A stretch of DNA of 64,000 bases from Eledone cirrhosa (Eukaryota): NCBI GenBank assembly GCA_964016885.1, contig OZ024741.1:55552001-55616000 (forward strand), read 5' to 3'. Positions 36,915-49,439 of the stretch are shown piece after piece (position 1 is the stretch's first letter; the number at the start of each line of letters is the position of its first letter). Under the pieces are notes generated by a model, which made no database searches, was not told the DNA's origin, and worked only from the letters and a program-made list of their open reading frames with translations. A program made the position numbers and the translations under genes.

Positions 36915-37620
36915 ATATAAATACATTATCGAAGAGAGCTTTTAGCTATACTCCGGCCAAATTCCAACTCACTCAACAAACATTAGGAAATACCTGAGTA
37001 TATTCCTAATTAAACGTTCGGGGTGCTAACTAATTGTATTATGTGGAAAATTGGCTGTATTATTTCATATGAGGCATATCGAATATATCTCTTCCCAGAC
37101 GGACGTCTCGTTTCATTATAAGATTCCTACAATTTGGGTGAAATTATACCAATTTATGTTGGAGCTTGTATACCATCAATAGATATATATTCAAGTGGGC
37201 TCTTATAACTCTTCAGTGGGTGCCCAATAATACTAATATTGATAATCTAACCAATATCAGTATTTAGCGATAATCACCATCAGTGCCTGAGGTATCTGTT
37301 AGGTTGCTACTCCAGCAGTTCTAAAGGAATACTCAAACTGATTCAAAAATTAGGAAGTATATTACCGCCAAAAAACAATACATGCGCAGGACAATGAATT
37401 CTAGAAGAAATTCAGGCCACGTGCTAGAACTCAATTGGAACTTGAAAAAATATCTATATGTACAACGGTTGATGACACACATAGATATTTTCTCGGGCAA
37501 AATAACAGAATGAGATACAAGAAACAATCAATATTCATATATAAAAAAATAAACAAAGAGAGTCAAACCTTATATCGGGAATTTCATATCTGTTGCACCA
37601 AGAGTAAATAAACATTTATA
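36915..37620. repeat. Dispersed (TA)n-associated repeat; right end duplicated at 37938-38060; second copy at 40090-40350
   Basis: Shared block atactccgrccaa.ttccaactcactcaacaaacattaggaaatacc. Confidence 0.65.
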
Positions 37621-37635
37621 TATCTATATATATAC

Positions 37636-37713
<78 letters not shown>

Positions 37714-37715
37714 TA

Positions 37716-37748
<33 letters not shown>

Positions 37749-37754
37749 CATTTA

Positions 37755-37910
<156 letters not shown>

Positions 37911-38053
37911 CATTTATTAATATATATATATATATAACAAAATAACAGAATGAGATACAAGAAACAATCAATATTCATATATAAAAAAATAAACAAAGAG
38001 AGTCAAACCTTATATCGGGAATTTCATATCTGTTGCACCAAGAGTAAATAAAC

Positions 38054-38140
<87 letters not shown>

Positions 38141-38146
38141 CATTTA

Positions 38147-38327
<181 letters not shown>

Positions 38328-38345
38328 TTATTTATATATATATAT

Positions 38346-38943
38346 TTCGTTTCTGAATTGTTTAGCAAGATTCTTTATCTGAAATCGTGTGTTGAAACCG
38401 ATATTGTTATACTTTGGGAGGGTCATGTTGCCAATAAGAAAGACACGCACCAGTTGCTTTCACTTCAATTTATTATATATTTATAAATTTATAAATTTAC
38501 AAATCTACAAACTTATAAATTTCTGGTTGGTTGGTGGTTCCACAACCAGATAGTTGTTTATATATAGTCATAGTCCTTTCGTCACACACTCTGTGACCTC
38601 TTCAGTGACTGGGGATTCCTTTCTTTGTTTCTGTGCCTTTCCTTTCTTCTATCCTACGCCATTTTGTTTCTGTGTGTCAAAGAAACAAAATGGCGTAGGA
38701 TAGAAGAAAGGAAAGGCACAGAAACAAAGAAAGGAATCCCCAGTCACTGAAGAGGTCACAGAGTGTGTGACGAAAGGACTATGACTATATATAAACAACT
38801 ATCTGGTTGTGGAACCAACCAACCAACCAGAAATTTATAAGTTGTAGATTTGTAAATTTATAAATTTATAAATATATAATAAATTGAAGTGAAAGCAACT
38901 GGTGCGTGTGTTTCTTATTGGCAACATGACCCTCCCAAAGTAT

Positions 38944-38950
<7 letters not shown>
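38346..38950. mobile_element. Head-to-head pair of family A pseudo-LTRs in (TA)n
   Basis: Minus arm 38346-38677 and plus arm 38680-38950, each homologous to 10370-10637. Confidence 0.92.
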
Positions 38951-39037
<87 letters not shown>

Positions 39038-39053
39038 TTATATATATATATAA

Positions 39054-39095
<42 letters not shown>

Positions 39096-39170
39096 GTATA
39101 TATATGTATATATATATGTGTATATATATGTATGTATATATATGTATATATATATGTGTGTATATATATG

Positions 39171-39218
<48 letters not shown>

Positions 39219-39220
39219 CA

Positions 39221-39258
<38 letters not shown>

Positions 39259-40054
39259 ACTTTGATAACTTTGATAGGTTTCGGCCAGTATTGGCCCAGG
39301 CCATGTCTAACTTAATAGCACCACCTGGCGAAGTCTTACAAATCAGTGTTTGGGCACCATGGCCCACTCGAGCAGAGAGTTATTGTTTACGGAGGCATAT
39401 CCGAGTGTAGGAGGCTTCTCCGGGATTTCTTGAAGGAATTTATCCAAAGACTTCTTGAACTTATATATACTGTATTATGATGAGCCTTGTACTTATCCTT
39501 GAGCTCATTAAATTATATTTTTTTAACTCCATTTTTTCATTTGATACTTTGGCTCCTAATTTCTTTATGTTAGTTGAGCTTTTTAAGTTCAATGGTTATA
39601 GGCTGCTATTTCCAGCGGTATTTTTGTCCATTCAAGCCACTACATACTGTCTGGCGCGGATGTTTTCGTCTCTTCTCTCACCATGTGCAATATTTCAGTT
39701 GTCTAAAGTATCTTTAGAAGTGTCGACCATATCGTCTTTACATCTGCCAATGAGCCGTGAGAAGTTATGGTATCGGCACTGTTTATGGCGAAACATTCAC
39801 TTCTTTGACTTTGTCCAGGTGTTTTATAGTTATAAAGGTGGGTGTGTACATTTTAATTTACCTTTTTAATTATTATGTATTTTCACTGTAGACTTTATGC
39901 TTATCACTCTAGTAGTTTTATACCCCCCGTAATTGAAAACATACCTCTTTTTGTGTTTTCTTCTCTATATACTGTATTATGAAGAACTCGGTACTTATTC
40001 CTTAAGCTCATTAAATTTCAAGGGATTAACGAGAGTCTTTAACTTCGTTTTTTT

Positions 40055-40091
<37 letters not shown>

Positions 40092-40460
40092 CATAAACGG
40101 AGAAAGCTATTAGCGATACTCCGACCAATTTCCAACTCACTCAACAAACATTAGGAAATACCGGAGTATATTCCCAATTAAACGTTTCGGGTGCTAACTA
40201 TACTGTATTGTGTGGATAATTGGCTGTATTATTTTATATGAGATATATTAAATAACTCATTTCCCAAACGAATCGTTTCATTATAAGATTTCTACATAGT
40301 GGGTGAAATTATACCAAGTTATGTAGAAGCTTGTGTAAGATCAATGGATTCCCACGCAATGAAATGTGGAAATATGACTAAGTCATATTTCCACATTTCA
40401 TAGTTTGTTTTGCAGTTTCCTGTGCTAAATTAATGTACGTAGTGATAGATAGATAGATAA

Positions 40461-40541
<81 letters not shown>

Positions 40542-40619
40542 AAAGTAAGTAGGTAGACGCATATACAAACAGGGAGATAGGTAGAAGGATAGATAGATAG
40601 ATACATACACACATACATA

Positions 40620-41905
40620 AAGCGCCTCTACTTGAGACGGTCCAGACAACATTTGAGTGTTACATCATATCCCTCCGACAACATCTACGAACCTCGAAGC
40701 ATAGGAGCCCATCTATTGAGCACGTCTGTCTGCATGAGACAGATAAGATTATGAGAGTTGGGAAGGAACTCCTTGAAAGATACTCTCTGCATGATAATCA
40801 AAAATTCACACCCAGGGAAATTGGCCAGCAATACAGCAGCGAATCCATGGATGAAAAACTGCATGTTTATCAGCAAAAGATCATGCATGGATATGTTGCC
40901 AGGAAACTCCAGAGTGAGAGTAATATAGATAAAGAAAGTAGTCTATATTGGATCAACAAACGCTATATTGACTCCCACTTTGAAGGATATGCTTTTGCAA
41001 TACAAGAACAGGAAATCGACACGAAATACCTGATTCACAAAAGAGATAGGGATGCAGACAAAACACCTAGATGTGATAACAAGTGCAGATTCTGCAGGAT
41101 TGACATAGAAGATGTCACCCATGTCATCAGCAGCTGTCCAAAGATGTCATCGCGATACTATCTACTTATGAGGCATGATGCAGTGGCCAAAACACTGTAC
41201 AATGCAATCCGTAGAAAAGATAATCTCGACAATATACACATTAAAAGCTACAGTAATGTGGAAGACATACACATACATAATATGAAAAAGTACTGGTGGA
41301 ATGTTCCAGTAAAATACCCAATAAATGCAGGCCAGATATAATTATATGGGACAGAGAAAAGAAGGCATGCACAGTTGTGGAAGTTAGCTGCCCAACAGAT
41401 GCCAATATAATATCAAAGATTAGCGAGAAGGAGAATATCTATGCAGAACTAATGAGAAATCTACAGATACTCCACCGTGACTATACTTTCAGATTTATAC
41501 CTGTGACTATTGGGGTACTGGAATATCTAGTAACTGCCTCAGTACAAATCTGGAGAAGCTGGGCTTCACAGAAACAGAAAGAACACAACTAGTTAGGAAA
41601 TTACAAGTACAATCCATTAATGGAACAGTAAAAAAATATGTAAAACATTCAAAAAAATTCTGCATCTAATAACATGTATACATGTACACATGTACAGATA
41701 CAAAGCATATACACATGCACACATATAACTCAAAACATACACATCCACACATACAATAACATCCATATCTACACATGCATGCATGCAGACATGCATACAT
41801 ATCTACCTAGTTGATGTGTAAATTCCAATGAGAGAGCCTTGTATCTGTTAGAAACCAACCCTCTCTCTATTGGTAAACATTTGTGAAATTATAAAACCAG
41901 AAGAA
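40620..41905 (+). mobile_element. 5'-truncated R4/Dong-like LINE (CCHC knuckle plus restriction-like endonuclease)
   Basis: AIQEQEIDTKY..CRFC..EDVTHVISSCP..RHDAVAK..RPDIIIWD..VVEVSCP..KENIY. TACA repeats on both sides. Confidence 0.9.
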
Positions 41906-42031
41906 CATACATACATACATACATACATACATACATACATGCATACATACATGCATTTAAACTTACATACATACATACATACATACATGCATGCATACAT
42001 ACATACATACATACATACATACATACATACA

Positions 42032-42062
<31 letters not shown>

Positions 42063-42624
42063 TTACATACAAACACTACACTTGTGACAATTATTGACAC
42101 ATAGTGCTGGGCCCATGGTACCATGTGACGACAAGTGCAGAGAGATCTCCAGATATAAAGCAATGCCTGTGCCGTGAAGCTTTTATAGTGAGCAAAGGCA
42201 CTGCACAAAGCCAGTCCCACTCTCTTAACCAAGATGATATTTACCAAAAAGAAGAACAAGTCAACATCATTGGATACCATCAGGGTTGCAGGTGTTATAT
42301 CAGAGTTTTCCTTCTCCTAGAATTCTGCCTTGACAAAGGGTAAGGGGTCATCTCTCCCGGTGATTTTGGATGGCCATTGACTCTTAAGAGCTCCTTTGCC
42401 CTTTGACAGGTTTTGTTTTTAGTCCTGCAGGATGTCCAAAGTCACCTTCCTCACCAAGAAACCTTGGTGGGGTTGCCAGTTTAGTCGCCAACGACCCGAC
42501 CATGGGACAGGTTGTACTGGAATACATGTTACCAGTAGCACCAACTGGTGACCTGACATACACATACATACATACATACATACATACATACATACATACA
42601 TACATACATACATACATACATACA

Positions 42625-42656
<32 letters not shown>

Positions 42657-43210
42657 AACTTAGAACCATCTGGAACGCACTTCGGAAAACAAAATTGAAA
42701 ACAAACGAGGAAGAATATATTGAGGCAGATGGCACTAAGGAATACTGGTGGAACCTGAAAATAAAAACTCCCACAAAATTAAAGCACAACCGGCCTGATA
42801 TTGTTGTTTGGGACCACACATTGAAAACGTGTTCTGTTGTCGAGATCAGCTGCCCACTTGATGTAAACGTTGTCAGAAAAATACAGGAGAAGGAGGACAT
42901 CTACGGACCATTGATGAGGCGTTTACAAATCCAGTATCCAAGATACACCTTTAACTTCATACCCATCATTATTGGAGCTACGGGTTATATACCAACCCAC
43001 TTGGACCAAAGTATGACTGAACTTGGATTTGCGGACAGAAAGCGCAGCTCCCTAATTCATAGTCTACAAATGGCTGCGATAGCTGGCATCTTCAAAATTT
43101 GCAAAACATTCTTGCGATTCAAGGGATGACAATTTCTTTTCTTTTACAACCTTGCCACCAGGAAGGTGGCCGGTCAAAAAAATATACTCGAAATTAAGAG
43201 AAAGAGATAA
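42657..43210 (+). mobile_element. R4/Dong-like LINE 3' fragment (second subfamily) in (TACA)n
   Basis: KHNRPDIVVWD..VVEISCP..KEDIY..PIIIGATG..KICKTFL. Confidence 0.88.
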
Positions 43211-43470
43211 CATACATAAATACATACATACATACATATAAACATACAAACATACATACATATAAACATACATACATACATACATATAAACTTACAAACA
43301 TACATACATACATACATACATACATACATACATACATACATACATACATACATACATACATACATACATACATACAAAGAGAGAGGCAGGCAAACACGTA
43401 GTTTTAAATCTGTATAACAGAATACCTGAATTAATGATGATGACGATGATGATGATGATGATGATGATAG

Positions 43471-43537
<67 letters not shown>

Positions 43538-43882
43538 AGTGATGGTGAAGAGGATGATGATGATGACAAGAAGGAAGTCAACAATCACAGCGACGACGAC
43601 AATTCCCAGAAAATCCATTTCATTTGTCAAACACTTGAATAAACTTCGATGTTCAAAGAAGCGGAAACGGAAGCTAGATACCGGAAATGCTTGGTCTCCG
43701 ACATATATAAGCATCTCTCTAGACTCAGTGTTTAATTTGGGAGTCACGCGAGAACTGCTTCAGGTTTTTCCTATGTCGTAGATAACAACAAGAAGAAGAA
43801 GAAGAAGAAGAAGAAGAAGAAGAAGAAGAAGAAGAAGAAGAAGAAGAAGAAGAAGAAGAAGAAGAAGAAGAAGAAGAAGAAG

Positions 43883-43911
<29 letters not shown>

Positions 43912-43914
<3 letters not shown>

Positions 43915-44320
43915 TAGCCAAAGACATAAAGAAAAAAATGGTTTCTAATTGGAATATTAATCCCCACAGAGGACAATATATCCATCAAGGAAATTGAGAA
44001 ATTATCTCAATATAAAGATCTGGAGATAGAAATAACCCATATGTGGGTGATGAAAGCAAAAACAACCTCTGTAATAATAGATACTCAGGGAATGATAAAA
44101 AAAACAACAACACAGAAATACATAACCAAAACCTCAGGACTTACAAATATATACAGAATACAGAAAATAGCACAACTTGGCACTGCACACATTTTACGAA
44201 TAGTACTCTCAATAGAATGGGAACAACAACATAAAAAATAACGCTGCACATACCCAACGCACATAGAGCTGTGCTTAGTAATTCAGTGACGGCACGCAAT
44301 GAAAATAAGATTAATAATAA
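43912..44320 (+). mobile_element. Dong/R4 LINE 3' fragment with TAA tail
   Basis: KEIEKLSQYKDLEIEITHMW..IQKIAQLGTAHILRIVLS, ending in ttaataataa. Confidence 0.8.
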
Positions 44321-44955
44321 TTGTTTCTACTTTTGGCACAAGGCCAGCACTTACCCAGTTCATTACTGGTACTTTATTTTATCGACCCCGTAAGGATGAA
44401 AGGCAAAGTTAACCGCGACGGGATTTGAACTCAGACCGTAAAGGGACGTAACTATGCAGGAAAGCATGGCGTCCGACCCTCTACCGATACTGCCAATCCA
44501 CCGCTTATAATAATAATAATCCACCAATAATAATAATAATAATAATTGTTTCTACTTTAGGCACAAGGCCAGCAATTACCCAGTGCATTACTGGTACTTT
44601 ATTTTATCGACCCCGTAAGGATGAAAGGCAAAGTCAACCTCGGCGGGATTTGAACTCAGATCGTAAAGGGACGTAACTATGCAGGAAAGCATGACGTCCG
44701 ACCCTCTACCGATACTGCCAATCCACCGCCCAGATAAATAATAATGGTTTCTTATATAGACACAAGGCCAGTAATTCTGAGGGCGGGTACAGTCGATTAA
44801 ATCGACCCCAGTGTGTGACTGGTACTTTATTTTATCGACGCCGTAAGGATGAAAGGCAAAGCTAACCTTGGCGGGATTTGAACTCGGGACGTAAAGGGCC
44901 ATAACACTGTGCTGCAAAGCATGGTGTCTAACGCTCTACCAATACTACCAATCCA
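44320..44955 (-). mobile_element. Three tandem tRNA-derived Meta-like SINEs
   Basis: Copies at about 44320-44505, 44545-44732 and 44745-44955, separated by (AAT)n. Confidence 0.85.
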
Positions 44956-44997
44956 AATAATAACAATAATAATAATACGAAGAAGAAGAAGAAGAAG

Positions 44998-45029
<32 letters not shown>

Positions 45030-45125
45030 CAACAACAACAACAAGAATAACAATGATAACGATTTCTCTATTCCCCACAAAGGCTTTACATTAAGAAAAC
45101 ATTAAGACGAAACTGGATGAAAACA

Positions 45126-45210
<85 letters not shown>

Positions 45211-45329
45211 CGTGTGCGTGCGCGTGTGTGTGTGTGTGTACTTATAAGCCGGTACCCAAACTTCTGCAAGCTGCCAATGGCGGGAAAATGCTAGGAAAAT
45301 AACGCCGATGTTCCTAACCCATATTGCTA

Positions 45330-45650
45330 TAACAAAAACAATTCTCTGGCCTTAAGCCATGGTTTAATTTGCAAAAACATTTCTTATTGTCGAAGTAACA
45401 GTGCCTTGGAAGGGTCATATGGAATGGTTTCATGAAAGAAGGAAACTAAAATATAAGGACTTAAGGAGCTGTGTATGGGCCGAGGATGACATATCACATT
45501 GCTTCCAATTAAAGTGAGGTTGTCAGGAATGTTGTCGCTACATCCACTGTGTCATACATGACTGGTACTGGTCTAGAGTGTTGAGGATATGGTAGAAGCA
45601 TTTAAATGAAAGATCAACGCTGAAAGCAGAGCGTAAATCGTCAGCAAGGC
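45330..45650 (+). pseudogene. Decayed restriction-like endonuclease domain of an R2/Hero/NeSL-type LINE
   Basis: IVEVTVPW..HERRKLKYKDL..LPIKV..GCR-like residues across frameshifts. Confidence 0.55.
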
Positions 45651-46003
45651 GTAATCATATTTCCTGAATGATTCGAGTGCTTACAACAGCATCCGGATTC
45701 TTGTGACAGCGGTATGGATAATGGAAAGAAAAATGTTGTTACAGAGTGCACCATAAAACCAAAAGGTGTCCTGATAGCATCGATGTTGCTTAGCACCAAT
45801 GGTGGACGGGATACTGTGCCAAAATAGTGGAGATCTATTTTATCGACCCCGTATCGATAAAATAAAGTACCAGTAATGCACTGGGTAATTGTTGGCCTTG
45901 TGCCTAAAGTAGAAACAATTACTATATATATATATATATTATATATATATATATATTATATATATATTATATATATATATATATATTATATATATATATA
46001 TAT

Positions 46004-46049
<46 letters not shown>

Positions 46050-46364
46050 CATATATACATATATATATATATGTATATATATTAGAAAGTGAGGTTTTTT
46101 TTTACAAAATGAAAAAAAACGAGATGTTCTACACGAATGAAAGTATAAGGAAAAAAGATGAAATCGAAAATGCAACTGAAGTCTTTTTTTTTAAATATAT
46201 ATTTATTTGGTTCCTTTACCGGTTTCGCAGTTCTTCTGCTTTTCAAAAGTAGAATTGAGATTGAGGGTTTGTGCTTTTTCTCGCATCTGTTTGGTGTTCG
46301 AATGTTACTTCTGCTTTATATGGAAAAAAGTAGCTCGAAATGCTAGGTTTTTAGACAACTAATT

Positions 46365-46975
46365 TGATTTTTTGATGACTGTCATGTGAATAAGTATACT
46401 AAACTTCGCGCCAGTTCGCGTTACAAAGTTCTTATTATATTTGCCTTTTTAAAAAAAAAGTGTGGGGGGGGGGGGGGGGCTCAGATTGTTTTTTCATATA
46501 TGAGTGAAATTTGGTTGGTTGATGCAGTCACGTGAATAAGCACATCAGCTTTTGCGCCAGTTTGTGTTTGAATTTCTTTTTACTTTAAAAAAGTAGCTCA
46601 CGAAGGCTTTTTTTATAAATGCAATTTGATTGGTTATAAATGAAATTATGACTGTCACGTGAACAAGTACATTAAATTTCCCGCCCGTATTTTGGAATTT
46701 TGTTGTAGCCATTTAGAGAATGTTGTGCCCAAACAAAAGAGAATGGTCAAGAAAAAAGGGATGGGGAGAATTGTTCTGGTTCAGTGAGTATGGCTGATAT
46801 GCTGAAATGGAATTTGATTGGTTATAAATGAAATTATGACTGTCACGTGAACAAGTACATTAAATTTCGCGCCCGTATTTGGGAATTTCTTTTGTAGCCA
46901 TTTAGAGAATTTTGTGGCAAACAAAGGATAATGGTCAAGAAAATCAGGATGGGGGAATTGTTCTGATTCAGTGAA
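46365..46975. repeat. Degenerate tandem repeat, units about 120-190 bp
   Basis: tgatt..gactgtcacgtgaa.aagtaca.taaa.ttc.cgcc occurs four times, and the last two copies are close to identical. Confidence 0.7.
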
Positions 46976-47052
46976 CTGAACCAGAACAATATGGCTGGTG
47001 TGCTGGGGTGTCAGAATTCAGACTTTCTATTGAAATAAAGAAAGTAGAGATA

Positions 47053-47712
47053 TCATCATCATCATCATCATCATCATCGTTTAACGTCCATCTTCCACGC
47101 TTGCATGTGTTTGGACGGGAATTTTCCCACTTGAGGCAAGATTGGTTGTCTTGCTCGTATAGGACTGTCTGGCGGGTTTTCTACAGCTGGATGCCCTTCC
47201 TAACACCAACCATGTTTACAGTGTAGACTGGGAGGTTTTTACCGTGTTACTTACACGGCCACATTACAGCGTGGACTGTGTGTTTTTTTTTTCGTGACAC
47301 CTACACGACCTCATTTATTTCGGACTGGATGTTGTGGTACCAACATAACTTTACATCGAAAGGGGTGGTGTGGATGGGGTGGGGGTGGTTGGACGGGGAT
47401 GTTAGAAGTGCCTACTGAGTGTAGGTTTCGCTTTGTACTTAGGCAAGGCGGGTCTTCTGTATTACTGTGTAGCGCCAAAGATCTCGGTCCAGTGATATTG
47501 TCTTGGAGAGGTGTAAGTGTGTGAGGTCGGAATTTATCAAGTAGTCCCAGGTTTTTCTGGGTCTGCCTACTCTGTGGCTACTGTCTATTTTGATCGCCCT
47601 GCACGTTTTTATACAGCTATCGTCTTTCATGCGCATCACGTGACCATACCAACGTAGTCTTCTCTCGAGTAAACAACATCTGATTCCTCTTATTCCTAAT
47701 TTCTCCCTTATG
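47053..47712 (-). mobile_element. RTE-clade LINE 3' fragment
   Basis: RRLRWYGHVMRM..RVGRPRKTW..DRDLWR, then 3' UTR and (GAT)n tail. Confidence 0.85.
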
Positions 47713-48255
47713 TATTTTTATTTGTGTACTGGTGTGTGTGTGTGTGTAGGAAGATGATTCTATTTGTAGAAATGGGGGATGGAGTTGTGTATGTGTGTGT
47801 GTATGGGTGTTATATGTGTATGTGGGAGTATGGTTAGCATGTTAAGATGGAGCGAATATAGATTTTTGTGGGTGTGTGTGTAGGAAAATGATTCCGTTAG
47901 TAGAAATGGGGGAGGGAATTTGTGTGTGGAGGGGGCATGGTTAGCATGTTACGGTGTTAGAGTATTAACGTATGTTAAGGTTTATTTAGCTCTGGTTTTT
48001 ATTTTCGAATATAGAAGGGGTTATGTGTGTGTGTGTGTGTGTGTATGTGTATCTATGTGTCTGTTTGGATGGTTAGCATGTTATGGTGTTAATATAATGT
48101 ATATTAAATATAATGTATATTAAACTATATTTAATGCTGGTCTATATTTTTGAATAAACATATTTTCCTTATATATATATATGTCTGTGTGTGTGTGTGT
48201 GTGTGTGTATGTATCTATGGATGTATGTATCTATGGATGTATGTATATATGTATG

Positions 48256-48370
<115 letters not shown>

Positions 48371-48593
48371 CTTGTCGTCACATGGTACCATGGGCCCACC
48401 ACTATGTGTCAATAATTGTCACAAGTGTAGTGTTTGTACCAGAGTTTTCAAGTCGCTGGCTGAACTAAAAATTCACACTCGTTCAGCGCATCGGTAAGGG
48501 TTCTTCTACATAGATATAAAGTAGTGGCCGTACTCGAAAACGAGTTGGCAGCCACCATATATATATATGAAAATGAAGTAACGGATTCAGAAA

Positions 48594-48680
<87 letters not shown>

Positions 48681-49009
48681 GTGTAGCCAGATGTACAATA
48701 CCACCCAGCGATATGATCTGTGAAGGAACAACAGCTGTCGAATTTACTGGAATATTTTCTTTAAAGTAAATACAAATACTTTTACTGGTTTTCAAATAAA
48801 AATAGTCTCATCAATATTTAGATGAAATATCAACTGAACTGAAGACATATGAACCACCCTCACCCACTCGCGCCAGACCCTTACCTCTGGCTTAATTGAT
48901 TAGCATTGATTGATGTTGGCGAATTGACATTTGATGTTTACTGTTTACATTAAATTTTAATAACAACACAACGTTGGTCAAAAGATGTCCAACGCCTATA
49001 TTATATTTC

Positions 49010-49200
49010 AGGGCGGTGGATTGGCAGTATCGGTAGAGGGTCTGACGCCATGCTTTGCAGCATAGAGTTACGGCCCTTTATTATCTGAGTTCAAATCCCG
49101 CCGAGGTTAACTTTGCCTTTCATCCTTACGGGGTCGATAAAATGAAGTACCAGTAATGTACTGGGTAATTGCTGGCCTTGTGCCAAAAGTAGAAACAATT
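49010..49200 (+). mobile_element. tRNA-derived Meta-like SINE
   Basis: ggcggtggattggcagtatcggtagag..gagttcaaatcccgcc..ggggtcgataaaatgaagtaccag. Confidence 0.85.
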
Positions 49201-49203
49201 ATA

Positions 49204-49264
<61 letters not shown>

Positions 49265-49439
49265 GAAAGTTAGAGTTTCATACTGAAACCCTGTAATTAA
49301 CAAGCTCAAAGTATAAATACTGAGCATTATAATAATATATGTAGTAAGAAATCCTGCGCCTAATATTACGAGGGTTGAAGAACCGCATTTGAAATATTTA
49401 ACCATGATTAAATATTTCAAACAAATGTGGTTCTTCAAC

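Noticed and set aside
37005-37135. Minus-strand GAAACG-type motifs in the 36915/40090 repeat as hammerheads
   Set aside because: No CUGANGA or paired stem I could be found.
38346-38950. All palindromes being sequencing fold-back artefacts
   Set aside because: Arms often differ by substitutions and indels, end at element-specific points and show consistent polarity. An artefact remains possible for the near-perfect cases (5258, 26794).
39480-39870. ORF 39477-39869 as a host exon
   Set aside because: It has no recognisable domain, lies within TA-bounded repeat-like DNA, and the opposite strand may be a decayed endonuclease.
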